DNA of 64,000 bases, from contig JAUCBJ010007007.1 in assembly GCA_032718475.1 (NCBI GenBank), positions 1 to 64,000 on the forward strand, written 5' to 3'. The position numbers and the translations under genes were made by a program. Shown here piece by piece: positions 40,265-54,284 of this stretch (its first letter is position 1; each line of letters begins with the position of its first letter). Origin of the DNA: Nemertoderma westbladi (Eukaryota > Animalia > Xenacoelomorpha). A model generated the notes under the pieces. It made no database searches and had not been told where the DNA came from. It saw only the letters and a program-made list of their open reading frames with translations.

Positions 40265-40841
40265 GTTATATCGAGTAGAGTAACCTATGCCAGTGCCAGT
40301 ACAGCACTGCAGCAGTATGCTCGTAACGATAACGATATCAGAGATATTGATATAATTGGAATCACCTCTTCAGCCCTTGGCCGACGATGTAATAAACTAA
40401 CAGAATTACTGAATTATATCGGTCTGGTCTGAGTCTATACAGCTATACTAGGTGCAGCGTGCAGGCAGGAGGGGTGAGGCCTATGGCTGTATGGCTATGA
40501 AGGATGGCCTACAGCTACAATACAATACAATATATTATAGCTGTATAGGCCTACGACTAGTTGCTTGTGTCAGTGTGTATGCAGGTAATTATTATATCCA
40601 AAATTCAGAAACGTTGTCAGGTTGTGCAGCAGTGCAGGACAACCTGTGCTCAGTCCAGCAGTCCCGCTACCGGTACATGTATACTACTGCTGTATCTGAC
40701 TTGCAGGTAGGCCATGCTTGCAGATTGGCGTCATAATGAGTTACATTTGTAACCTAGCAACAATGGTCGGATTTTCAAAAGTTTTTACGTTAAAGTTAAA
40801 CTACAAATGCTACCTTATAGTGAAATAATTCATCAACCGTA

Positions 40842-41784
40842 TTATTGACACACTTCGAAAATTCTAGACACCATATGGCAATTATTACTTATTGACTTCA
40901 ATACATTATTATCAGTTTTTTCCAACCGATGGAGCAGACTAGTGTTAGCTTTATAGATATTATCACTGAACAGTGGTAGTTTTAACTGATGTAATGAGAG
41001 CGAAATACTTGTCGTCTCGCCGTTTGTCATTCTTGGAATCTTAAATAACTGCCTAGCAGCGTTATTGTATGCTACGGAAATCTTATTATATATGCTATTT
41101 GAATAGTTGCGGCGAGACCACAAAGCACAGCAATAAACCTGAGTACAATATGCACAAAATAAACAAAGCTTTATAGCTGTCGAGCAGCTACCGAATTTAC
41201 GCACAATAATGTTTGCACGAGCATAAAGAGAACCCATCTGGGCCTTTATATCTTGTGTATCATCAGTACTACTGCACAAAATATGTCCTAAATATGAGAA
41301 TTTATCAACAATATCGATTTCTTTACCGTATAACAACACTTTTGCAACTGATGTATTTTTAAGGCACTTTGGAATAAAATATAAACACTTTGTTTTCTTT
41401 GTATTGAATAAAATCGAATTTTGATTAGCATGTGATACGGCTTTATTAATTAATATTTGTAATCCTACAATAGAGTTTGACATTAAACATATATCATCGG
41501 CATACAGTATATTATTAATTCTAGAATTACCAATCATACACCCGACACCTGTGTCTGAAAGGTCGGTGCTCAGATCATCAAAATATACGATAAACAAAAT
41601 CGGTGAAAATATTCCACCTTGTTTAGTCCCATTAGTTATCTTAAATTGAGATGATAATACCCCATCCCACATTACTGCCATGTCTTCATTACGATACCAA
41701 AATGTTAATAACCTAACTATACAAATAGATACAACCCTACGTAACAGTTTACTAAATAGCTTATAATGATTTATCCTATCGAAC
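40842..41784 (-). mobile_element. 5'-truncated non-LTR retrotransposon (LINE) RT
   Basis: FDRINH, GTKQGGIFSPILF, ILYADDI and FSYLGH. Homology stops abruptly at ~41784, so the first ~24 aa of the called ORF are unrelated. Confidence 0.88.
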
Positions 41785-44677
41785 TGTAAAAGCTTTTGCG
41801 GACATAACAAGTCATTTTTCCCCGCAATGCGCAGTGTAGGTGCTTTAGCGGACATAATAAGTCATTTTTGCCGCAATGCGAATAATACTCTAAAAGATTG
41901 GAGCTCAGATGACGAAATCTGTCTGCTGGTTTCCTGTAAACGTGGAACTTTTCTTTGTTCTGCCTAGTCAGCCAATCAGAGCGATTTTCTCTTTATTTCT
42001 GACAGAGGCCTATGGAAAACCGCGCAATGCATTACGGTCTTTGTTTACATTTCTGAGCTTCAGAACCGGCTTAGAATTCTTCTGTACTTCTGTTTTGGAA
42101 GTTTCAGACTTTGGCCTAAACATCTGATGGCATTGATTATAAGAACATAAATCTATTATCTGACTTACGGTCTTTACATTGCTTGACACATACTGACTGT
42201 TCACCGCATTATTTTACTTCTGTTATTAATTGTTATTGTATTGATGTATATTGCTGATATATTTGGAGAATACCGATGAATAATCATAAAACCCCCCAAT
42301 CTTCTTGATTACTGAAGGTGAGAGGAACAGGTTACCGGTAGCAACTGCGACTTAAATTATAGTGGTTTTGTGTGAATTAAATGCAATGTCATAATCCCTA
42401 CAAGTGTCAGTTGCGATCTTCCTTATATATGATCAAATTCAGTGACGGTCGGCAGATTAGTGTGCAGTAGTGTGAAGTAGTGTGAAGTCGTGTGAAGTAG
42501 TGTAACAGATAATAAAGCATCTCCTAAAGAATGCGCTATTTACGAAACTCAGTAGCCATCTAGTTGTGATTAGTATAAGTCATAACTCTGTTTTTATACT
42601 TAAAGCGCCACGTCCTAAAGGAACTGTTAATATTTCCCCGAAAGTAAATATATTTGTCAGAGATTATATAGTAACGATCAATCGAATAATACAGTAGGTC
42701 TACACCGCAATAACTTTCAAGGCACCCGAATCCAGTCTCCCTTAACTGTGGGTGAAAGATCGCGCACAGACTGGCTTCGGCGGATGTAACTTCAGTACAT
42801 TAAATAATTGATATAGACTAAAGTCGATTTATAAACAAGAGGACAACTAAAATTGGCATGTTAAACTGCTAAAGGTCTAAAAGCGCGAACAATAATAGAT
42901 TTTGTTCTTTATTGCACAGTAGGCAATAAATATATTTTGTCTATTGTTCTGGTAAGAACAATAATAGTTTTTATATATCTTTTTGCACCGTAGGCAATAA
43001 AGTCTAATGTACCGGTCGGACGGTAAACTGTAGGCCTAACTACCTAACCACCCGAACCGGTACTTACCGGTACTAGTATTATTTCGATTGTGATATATTG
43101 TATATTGGTAGGCTGTTTAAGAGATTAGGGACACCCCTTATTTATTTTAGAGCTTATTTATTTCTGTCAGTTTTATTTATCTGTAAGTGTAATATTGAGC
43201 AGAAGGCGTGTAAGCCTGCTCAGATTGTATAAATAATTTGTAGGCCGGATTGTTGTCTGGCTGCTGATAGGTCTGAAGCGATTGCAGCGTGTGTAGAGTG
43301 TCTGTCCGATAAAGTGCTAGTTAGGAAGGTGGGGGCATCCAGTGTTGTAAGGGAAATCCCCCCGAAAGAATAAGTCGTACTACTTGGTTAGAACGCCTAC
43401 TAACTAACCATTTCGGAGTCTGCATATACTGTAGTTTATTTAGGCTTGCCAGTAGTCTGCCAGCATTTGGTCTGTATTTTGTTTGTATAGTCTGCACGGG
43501 TAGCGTAATATTTATTATTCAGAGTCTATGCGAGTATTCGCAACCACCAACTCCCCAAGTTAATTCCTACAGTAATTGTGCTTGTTATACATACCGTTAT
43601 AGTTAAATTAACCCCGGTACTACATCAGGGCTGCTTGGCATAGGTAAAGACTGGTGATTTTGTGCTCCGGTCACTCCAGCAGATACCGCGGTTCTTTTGG
43701 CTATTCAAGTATATTTAACTGCTGGTTATTTGTTGTATAAGTACTTGTACCTAATTTAGGGTTTAGAGTACAGTACTTTCCGAAAGTAATTTAGTGTGTA
43801 GGCAGTATATTTGTGTTGTAACGTGGTTAATAGGCACGTTAGCTCTGGTTGGCTTCGGTAATTAACTTCTAGGTAAGGACACTCCGGGTACATAACGTAG
43901 TACTTATAGAGCTAAGACTATAAGTCATCAGACGGTGGTATTTCCTTATCTGGACAAAGCAATTTACTTACTACTGCTTTATTGTTTTCAAATACCGTAG
44001 TTCCTGTCAGTTGTAAGAACCAGAAATTCTAACTCCTTGTTAGACTGGTTTGTAGATTTCTTGTAAAATTACCCTAAAAATTATATGTGTAACTTTTTAG
44101 TGTTTATTTAGAGATTGTAATCTCAAACTGTAATAGTAAGTAATTTGTAGTGATAAGTAACTTAGTAAAGTAGAATTATCTGTCTAGTGACCCCCTTACC
44201 CAGAAATAATAACATTTATTTCAAACATTGTCAAACCCCTTGTACGGGTATATATATATTATAAATCAACTCAAACAGATTTATAAAATAGTAGGCCTGT
44301 TATACATCAATTAGGTCTTAATATCAGTTGGACTACTGCTTAATAACAGTAATAAGTAAAGGGAAGTAACCCTAAAAATTCAGAAATACAGTTATTATAA
44401 ACTAATTGACATTACCGGTATTTACGGTAGGCTTATTATATATATTTATATAAATTTAGGCTGAAATTATATACCGGTATTCTGTGACTAATCCTAGTCT
44501 GTAATAATACTTATATATATACTATAAGTGTATACCGGTATTTTAATATATTACATATACCACGTTACATTGAGTAACGGTATCGGTAATTAATCACTAG
44601 GCTTATAGTTGATACTGAATTACTAGACTTGCTTTAACTGTCGTTATAGTAGTAGGCATTCAACTGTAAGATAAATC

Positions 44678-47600
44678 ATGGCTGACACAAAGCAAACCCT
44701 GTCAGATAGTCTCCTAGAAAGAACAGTCTGTGACTCAGATAGGAGTATAGAAAATCTGAGACCGAAGTCCAAGTCCCCTCCTATTGTAAGAAAGGTCATC
44801 CCTACAGTAGTAGTGTCAGACCCTAGGCTAGTAAAGCACCATAGGTATATCATAGGCACTAGGGCTCAAGTCAAGCGGGACCAAGAGGCAGCTGTTAAAC
44901 AGCAGCAGCACCCGAACCGAGAACTTATTTCTCAGCAGCCCGATAACTCCAGTAGTTCAGACACTGTAGAGTTGGTACCCGAAATCGAAGCAAGGATGGC
45001 AGAAGCGGTTTATCCGGATCCACTTCTAATTCTTCCTGGGGCGTACTCACTAGAGTATTGATCGCTGTGGAAGAACATCAAATCGATTGAGCGAGAAGTA
45101 AGCGATCAACCAGGGACAGTTATGCGGGATACACGATGGAGGAACTGAAGTCTATTGTCGAGACGCAATGGAACTTCCCCGGACCTGGGCTCCCGTTTAA
45201 CTTATCGGAAGCTGCCTGGGAGGACTTATACAGGATGGGAGTAGTAAGGAACACTCGAGATCCAGCTGTGTGGAAGAGGTTGGCAGCAGGATATGTCCAG
45301 GGATTCTTCAGCTCTTTGGAGCGCTTAGAGGAACACCTGTTTCAACAATGTCAAGGACCTCAAGAGCAGGGAGAGCTGCTTTATCAAGTGCGAGAACGAA
45401 TCTTACGGATCAGACTAATCCTTTCAGCCTTTGAGGAAGCCTCGAAGAGAAGCCAAGACACGTCGTTGCAAGTGGCCGTAAAAACTTGGTTCCAATGGGT
45501 GAGTCATAAAGTCCAAGGAACGACACAATGGAAAGCTCAGCTAACCGAGCGCATGACCCACGGAGAATCAACAGACGCTACCTTTTCTCAGGTGGAAAGC
45601 GAAGCTATATCCGAGAAACCTCAGAAGAAGGATGCTATTGACATCTATCTATTGGACTATCAACGATTTATAGGAGACAAAGAGCTAAGGAGATGGCTAG
45701 CTGAACTTCACCCTAATAGTGAGGGAGCCAAATTTGTGTTGGACTCGTTAGATGCGGAAATATTAGCCGCGGAGCAGGCTAAATTTGATGAAAGCATCCT
45801 CATCGCTATGGACCAAGAAGAGCAGCTAAAGAAAAAGCAAATAGAAGACTGAAGGTCAGCGGGCGCGGCAGAATCTGAAAGGAAAGCGGCAGCGGTCGCG
45901 GCAGAATCTGAAAGGAAAGCGGCAGCGGTCGCGGCAGAATCTGAAAGGAAAGCGGCAGAGGCTGAAAGAAAAGCGGCAGCGGCAGCAGCAGAATCTGAAA
46001 GAAAAGCGGCCGTGGCTGAAGCAGAAAGACGGGCATCTGAAGAGACAACCCAACTAGAGTTGGAAAATCTTCAAGCGAAGCAAGATTACTTAAATAAACA
46101 GAGAACAGCTACTCAGATGCAGCTGCTAAGTCGATCTACTCCCAGGAGACAGGGATTTACATCCTCTGATGAAGGCGATACAACAGATCCTGAAGGTAGA
46201 GGAAATAAATCTCGTTCCAGCGGACGTAGAAGAGCGCCACACCGGCAGAAATTACCTAATTTGCCTCCAGCTGTGAGAAGGCAACTAGCTAGTGTAGATT
46301 TAAGTAATCCTGAGCCTACAGACCAAATTATTCGAGTAGAAAGACTCCCTACTATAGTAGATGAGCCTGAAATAATTAGGCCTGTTCTCAAAGCCACTCC
46401 CTCTGTGATAGAGACACCTGTACTTCCAGAACCTAACTCTAAATTCCCTTTGCACAGTACTAAACTACCTGTGCCCAGTAGACCAGCCCCTGAATCACTC
46501 CCGGTCCTGGACGCCGAGCAAGACATAAATGATTTGTCGCCCGTCGTCCCTACACGTCAACCCGCTACTATGTTGGCGGCTCCTGCTTCGGCAGTTGAGT
46601 GGGTAGACGAGGGATGGCGGGGAATGAATCGCCTGCTCGGGCAGCTAGAAGAACATCAAAGACGTTCTTCCCAGCAGGTCCGAGAGTTGGAAGGGACTGC
46701 TCAGCAGTTAAAGGGAACAGTAAGAGAGAGTAGGTTAGAGTTGCAAGAAGTGCAGCAGAGTATCGCTTTATAGTGCGATAAATTAGTAAATATACAAATG
46801 GGTATACCACCACCCCCTGTAACAATATGTCAACCTGTTAGGTCTGAAGTATTTCATGCGCAAGGTGTGGAGCCTACACGTATCTATACTGCTAGTGAAG
46901 TAGAAACTCCTATAGTAAACCCTATTAAGGGTAATTATAAACCTGTTGATAATAAATATTCCATATAGACCTGATCATAATCCGAGAAATTTATATACCA
47001 ATAACTCGATATTAAATAATACGATGGCCCAAGAAAGTTTTACACGTCAAATGGCTGGAACCGAAGCCCGTAAAGCGGTAAAGGTGGGAGAGGTCGTCAA
47101 GTTCAATGGAGATGAGATGAAATGGCTACCTTTTAATGAATATTATAAAGATAACATACAGCACTCTGTACTATCTAACGGAGAGAAACTTAGATTCCTC
47201 ATCGAGTGCTTGGAAGGACCTCCCAAGTTAATGGCGTTAAAGTTTATTGGACATCCAGACGGATTAAGACAAGTTTGGGATATGCTAAACATCAGGTATG
47301 GTAATAGGACTAACATAGCTAGGTATTTGAATGCGAAATTAGTAGCGCCCCGAAAGTTTCTTAGCAGCGGGATTATAGAGTTTTCCGATGAGATTCAGGA
47401 GATCTGTAGACAGCTAGATTGGTTAGGTAAGTCTCAGGAATACCAGAGTTCTATGGTTGTTGGAGCCGTAGCATCTACTTTGCCAAAGGGTGGAGTAGGT
47501 ACTCGTTGGGACAAAAAGGTTCTCTATATGATGGACCAGCAACAAAGGGACCCTACCATGGCTGATCTCATGTCATTCTTAAATGGAGAGGTAAGATTAC

Positions 47601-48130
47601 AGCTCCTAAAGCAGTCCCGAGAGAAGACACCGGAAAATAAGGTGAGTGAAAAACCCGTTTCTAGGAGAAAGGTAACACCACTGTGTTATACAGACGACGG
47701 CGAAAGCCAAACCTCCCACGAGGAGAACAGCGGGAAAGACACCGAAAGATCTTATTATGTAAACAAACTGAAGAAAGACGTAAGTAAATTTAAGTCTCGA
47801 ACCAGTGACAGGAGAGAACAGGTAACAACTCCACCTATGTCTCCTAAGAGAATTCATGGAAGAAAGCCCGAGGAAAGAACAAGTGTGCACAACACCACAC
47901 AGGTTAAAGTAAGTAATATCAAACCCAAATGTGCATTGTGCGACAGGCCCCATCGCTAGAGTGGGTGTGATGAATTCTTGAAGAAATCCCTAAAGGATAG
48001 ACATGATGTCATGTGGGATAAGCGGTTGTGTTATAATTGTCTCAGACAAGGACACCAACGGCGGACCTGTTACTCAGACGCAAGGTGTGCTAAGTGCGGC
48101 GTGAAATATCATATCTTGCTGCACACAGAA
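44678..48130 (+). pseudogene. BEL/Pao gag: long N-terminal coiled coil with AAESERKA repeats, capsid-like region and zinc knuckles
   Basis: FNGDEMKWLPF...LSNGEKLRFLIECLEGPP...LNIRYG; CALCDRPH*xxC, CYNCLRQGHQRRTC and CAKCGVKYHILLH. Stops end at 45061, 45852, 46773 and 47959. Confidence 0.85.
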
Positions 48131-48389
48131 TTTGACAGAACCCGCACGAGTCAGGTAAGTGAGCCCGAACTACATGTCCAATTCAGTGATGTGAACGACA
48201 CTGACCACAGCTCTGAGATGAAAGGATTCTACACTGACGAATTCTCCGACAAAAACGAATCCTGTTATATGATAAACACCGCGGTGTATCGAGCACTTAC
48301 GTATGAGACTGAAACAAGCGAAGAAGATCCTCGACTGACTATTCCGGACCGGCAACCATCTTGGAAAGCGCCGACTTCCAACGTCGGAA

Positions 48390-51300
48390 TCCGGGAATTT
48401 CCTGTGGTGCAACTGAGAGTCCACGGTGTAGGGAAGAGTCTCATAGTAAACGCCCTCCTTGACTCCGGCAGCACAGGTACATTCATCGACAAAGAACTAG
48501 CCGAAGACATCTTTGCTGGACAACCTAAGTTCCGAACTAAGTTGAACCTTTCAGGAATTATGCAGGTTTGGAAATCCACAGTAGCTACAGATTACTATGT
48601 GGGTGCGTTGTCCACTCCCCAGGATGAACTAGGAGAACATAGCATAAGGTCAGTAAAAATGGTGGTGATAAAGAACTTTGCTACCAGCCAAGTGGAACCT
48701 TACAACTGGGATGAAGACCATTTTACCCAGCGGCATGATATCCCTAGATTCAACACCGACTACCCAGGGGTGCAGATATTAATCGGCCAAAATGCGCATG
48801 AGGCGCTTGAGACATTAGAAAAACGGCCTGCTCGATCACAACCATTACAAACGTACGCGGGAAGAATGAGAGTAGGTTGGTACTTCAGTGGACCTTCCCG
48901 TAGAACACTAATGGAACGACTCCCTCATGAGAGGATACATCAGGTGAGTGAATGGGAAGAAGAAATCAGTGAGGGAGAAACCCCAACTGAGGGAACACCA
49001 TACTCCTCAGATAATGACGATATTAACCAATTATACGACGAGGAAAATACAATCGACCTCCTCACCGAAAATGAAACTTTGTTAAACCAAGTAAACCTGT
49101 GCCATCTCATCAATCATGGCGGACAATTCACCTACAACGACGAATTAAACGAAGTGATAGATCGATACAACAATAAAATTCGCTATGAACACACCGTACG
49201 ATTCTTTACTCAAGAAGCCGTAGAGCCTAATTCCTACGATAAGGCCTTGCCCGCTGGATTGGGATCGAGACAGCCTACGATTTCTGTGGTGGCCTGAAGG
49301 AGACCTCAACCAAAAACCAGTGGAGTACTGGATGACCATCCAGGCTTTCGGGATCATCTCGAGCCCCTCGAACGCTTGTTCAGTAGTGCGTACCACTGCT
49401 GATGACAACCGAGACGCCTTCTCTAAAGCGGTTATCGACAACATCAAACGGGATATATACATGGACGACAATTTAAAGTCCCTCCCACCGGTGGAAGAAG
49501 CCATTGATGTTGCCAAGGGAACGGTAGAGTGTTTGCGACGCGGTGGATTTCGACTAACCAAATTCACTAGTAACTCCCGTGAGTTTCTGGAATTGATCCC
49601 GGTAGAAGACTGAGGTGTTAAAGATCTGGACCTCATCAAGGACGATCTTCCGGAAACCAAGACGCTTGGTTTAAAATGGGACACGGAGAGAGATATCTTG
49701 TTTTTCCAGTTAAAACAGAGAGATAATCCAGTTAGAACTAAACGGATTTGTCTAAGTATCCTGAGCACTTATTTCGATCCATTAGGATTTATTAGCCCAG
49801 TTATATTGGTTGCTCGGAGCTTAGTGCAACAAATGTGGCTTGAAAACCACTCGTGGGATGATCCACTTAAGGGAGAACTACTAAAGAAGTGGATGAAATG
49901 GGAAGATTCTCTACCATCCATCGAGAAATTTACGATTTCCCATTCATATTTTGGTCACATTCTCCCCACGTATTCCTATCAACTCCATGTGTTTGGAGAC
50001 GCCAGCGATATGGGAATAGGTATAGTAGCCTACCTGAGGGTTGAAACTCCGGATGGAATTAAAGTTGCCTTGGTCACCTCTAAGGCCTTGATAAATAACA
50101 AACTACGAGTTCCTCGAGCGGAGTTAAAGGCGGCTCTATACGCTACAGCCATCGGCCGGAATGTAACAGAACAGATCGACTATCCACTGGAGAAAACTGT
50201 CTATTGGACTGATGCTTTACTCGTTTTGGAGTATATAACCAATGAAGTCTGTCAGTTCAGCGTCTTCGTTACCAACAGATTAGCAATTATACTTAGTCGC
50301 TCTAATGTAGATCAATGGAGACATTGCCCTGGGATGATTAATCCAGCCGACATCGCCTCCAGAGGAGCAACTCCTCAAGAACTGATAGATACTCCAGACT
50401 GGTTAGGGGGACCCGACTTCCTAAGTAAAGAAGAGGATGAATGGCCTCCTCATCTTACCACGGCTGAGATTAGACAATCCAAGGGAGCGGAGAAAGTCAA
50501 ACCTAAAACCCGGACGAGTAAATCAAAGTTATTTAAACCCGTGATAGATCTGTCTGTACTACACATTTCCAGGGACGACGCTGTGGATCTAAACTCCCCC
50601 ACCACGAACAGATCTGTTATAGACATCAGAGAAAGAGACTGGAAATCTGGAACACCAGACGTCTCGCAAGGACTCTCACCTCTCCTGCAGAGAGCAATAA
50701 ATCACTATAGCTCCTGGAATCGGCTTTGTAAGGCCGTCGTGTATTTGAAGCGATGCTTCCATCATCACTATTCCAGGACGAAGATCGCTAGTGACACCGC
50801 TCCATTGACATCCGAGCAGGTCCATGCTATTAAAGATCTTTCCACATACAAAGTGTCGGATAGGTTTCTGACGGAGAAGATCAGTTACCAAGAGCATGAA
50901 GCAACCAATAAGCAGATACTGAGACTCCTGCAATGCTATGAAGATTCCGATAAGTATTTCCTGTTGTTGAGAAATCCACAGATGCGCTTAAGGGATCGTT
51001 TCTCTAGCACAATGATAGATGGGTTAATATGTGTTGGAGGGAGACTAACTAATGCTCCATTATCCTTTGACACTAAATTTCCCATACTCATTAGAAATCT
51101 TGAAATACAAATCAAGATGATTGTAAATGTTCACAGTAGGCTTTACCATGCTGGTAGAGAACGAGTTCTTAGCGAAATTCGAACTCGCTATTATTTCCAT
51201 AAGCCTCGTAGAGCTCTGAACCAAGTTCTTAGGAACGGTATACCCTGTAGGAAAGCATTCAGTAGGCCTTTAACACAGCGAGAGGCAGAATTACCTAGGG

Positions 51301-52394
51301 AACGAGTAAGCTTCTATGAACCACCCTTTACTAATACTGGTGTGGATTTATTTGGCCCTATTGAAGTATATCGTGCTAGGACTATAGTCAAGCGATGGTG
51401 TATCATCTTTGTCTGTATGACTTGTAGAGCGATCCATCTAGATATGGTGAACAATCTATCTATGCTGACAGATCGCTCGCTTTGGAACTAGCAACACGGT
51501 GAGATCTGATAAGGGAACGAACCTCATTGCTATTTATGCCGACAGATCGCTCGCTTTGGAACTAGCAACACGATGAGATCTGATAAGGGAACGAACCTCA
51601 TTGGCGCCAATAATGAGATCAAAGCTTACGTTAAAGATTGGAACCAAAGACAGGTGGACGATCAGCTAAGGATAACAGCATCTAGCTGGACCTTCAGCGC
51701 CGCCGACGCCCCTTGGTGGGGAGGAAGTTGGGAGAGATTAATAAGGAGCGTGAAGACTGCATTTCACTTTATAGTGCCTTGCCGCGCGTATCTCACCGAC
51801 GAACTTTTGCGGACGTTAATGGAAGAAATCGCCGCCTATCTTAACGAGAGACCGCTTATGCCAGTCTCATCGAGTCCCGACTCCCTAGAAGCGCTAACAC
51901 CCGCGCATTTCCTACTGAAGAAACCTGTAGCCATGCTCCCACAATCGGAAATCACGGACGGAGACGAATACTGCCGACAAACTTGGCAACTCATGCAGTT
52001 ATTATCCCGTCGTTTCGCTGACCATTTCGAAAAACATTATCTGCCTACGCTACAACTTCGAACCAAGTGGTTTGCGCAGCAAGAAAACGTCAGCGCCGGA
52101 GACATGGTCCTTATTGTGGAATCAGATCTTCCACATTAGCGGTGGCAGACAGGTCGTATCATCGAGACTCATATATCCGATGATGGTTTAGTGCAATCGG
52201 TAGAACTCGTCGTCATGCGACGTAACTTTAAGAAACCTGGAATTGTATTCGAAACACAACAACTCAATCGCCCAGTTGGTCGTTTATGTTTACTGGAAAG
52301 AGACAGAGAACTATCCGGAAACTATGGAAGGCAAGATACTCTTCCCACGACCACCTCCCTAATCCAACAAACATCTAGGGACTCCCCAACGTAA
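48390..52394 (+). pseudogene. BEL/Pao pol: aspartic protease, partial RT, RNase H, integrase
   Basis: ALLDSGSTGTFI; DRDSLRFLW...FGIISSP...YMDD; FDPLGFISP; LHVFGDAS; NPADIASRG; FTNTGVDLFGP; RSDKGTNL; APWWGGSWERLIRSVK. In-frame stops end at 49613 and 52139. Confidence 0.92.
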
Positions 52395-52919
52395 CAGCGT
52401 CTGGAGTGGGTGTGTGACTACATTATTTTATATTATTTTTTATTATTTTATATTTATGTATGTATTATTACGTAATTTTATTATTATAATCGTTTTCTTT
52501 AATTTTATTTAGTAGAATATTATTTTAGCGATTATTCAGTAGATTAGTGCAATATATATATTCGTGTTTATTACTTAATTACTTAGCATTATATTTTGTG
52601 TAACGGCGAGAAATAATTCTTTTTCTCTTTCCTTACTGTCCGTATCATATTATAAATACGTGACTACAGTAAGATGAAATGTCCGTACTTAGTCAAGTAC
52701 AATACCGCTCCTACTATACTCAAGTATTATTGGTAAGTAGAGTATTAGGAATGCAAAGTTCAGATCCTCGTGTCTCGGCTAAACCAAGCTCTGGGTAGAC
52801 CTTGGAAACGACTAGCCTCTTCTCACTGACATTGCTTCTTGCAATATTGCTCTCATACCGTATATTAAATAATACATATAGTAGAATGATGTCCCTTTAA
52901 CAGTAGCGTAAAACGCAAA

Positions 52920-53320
52920 AATAAATCTGTTAAACCCTTTGACCATCTGCAATTCTAGTCGATTAAGATATCGCGGCACCCACCGATATACTTGAAAGAC
53001 AAAATTCTAGAATCAGTGGTTAACGTCCCCAGACATGTTCTGGAATAAATCGGTGCCCATCTTAAATATTTAATATTTAATAAATATTTATAAAATCTAT
53101 TAAAACAAATGTTATAATAGAGTAAATGCATACAAATAAACTCTAAGGAGTTTGTAAACCAAGAAAATCTATAAATCCAAAATCTGTTAAAATTCAGATC
53201 CTTTAAAATTCTAGTCGATTAAGATATCGTAGCACTTACCGATACTCTTAAAAGACAAATTTCCTAGAATTAAAGATCCTAGTCCCCAGACATGCTCTGG
53301 AATAAAATTGTGTCTATTTT
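52920..53320. repeat. Two diverged ~130-150-bp direct repeats about 255 bp apart
   Basis: AATTCTAGTCGATTAAGATATCG...AAAGACAAA...GTCCCCAGACATG.TCTGGAATAAA occurs at ~52951-53050 and ~53206-53306. Confidence 0.8.
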
Positions 53321-54284
53321 AGTGTCAAATAATAAAATTTACGGGAATAATTTTAAATTCATATCCTCTCATGAATTTGATAAATTGTCATTTTATACAA
53401 TTTAAAACATTCCCAAAATTCCATTAATTAATAGATCATGGGAGCGGAGATTCACCCTATTAAATATATTAGTGTGAGAGAATCTCCAATGTATAGTCAA
53501 TAGCCGATAAAATTCATAAAATCATGTATAAAGGGGAATATTGACAATTAAAGAATTACTATTAAATAGCATCCCAGATCTGTATGCATGAGAATTACCC
53601 TAATTCTACTGCTAGCTTTCCATAATGTCACCATAGCAACAACCACGCTAAAATTAGAAGCGAGTTAAAAGAACAATAGAAAGCTTGCCCCATTGAATAG
53701 CACACGGAATAAATAGCACACTGCTAGTATCCAGGGATACATAATAATAACGTGGCATTCTGGAAGGCACTTGACTAACGGACAAATGGCCTGAATGTGT
53801 ACAATTTGTGACAGTTGTGTGGAATTTGTGCATTTATACGTGAATGTTACTACTAAAGTGTGTTTACAGTAGCGAGTCGCAGTTGTGAAAGTTGCCCTAC
53901 CTCTGTAGCAAGAACCTGAAGTAATTCTAAGCCCTTGGGATGGACAGTGGAGTGACTCGCGCTGGTTATTGTTGTCGTTGTGTAGCTACTACGTTGGCGA
54001 GAGGCACAGCGATGACAGTACATCAGCGAAGAGGATCTTGCGCTGTCCGGGGGCATTGAGGGGGAGGCAGCGACGACCGCTAGCCTAAATTATAATTAAT
54101 TATAATATCGATAAACTCGTATAGCAGCTATGACTGAGTTAATAGAAAATGATCTTGGTATCAGGGAGCGATATACCCTACCATTGCAAAGAGTTTTTAC
54201 AACAAGAGATTACTACAAGAGTTTTTAGATGAACGCTTCCAACGACAAGAGGAGGAAAATCAGCTCGAGGAGAAACACATCGAA

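Larger units (their letters stand above)
44678..52394 (+). mobile_element. BEL/Pao LTR retrotransposon gag-pol, defective (multiple stops, frameshifts, RT deletion); LTRs not identified
   Basis: Domain order is gag, BEL-type triple Cys/His, protease, RT, RNase H (Pao A17), integrase and the C-terminal LPTLQLRTKW domain. A purine-rich GGAGTGGG follows at ~52403. Confidence 0.95.

Noticed and set aside
52403-52900. 3' LTR of the BEL/Pao element
   Set aside because: A PPT-like tract and TG are present, but I found no matching copy upstream of gag.
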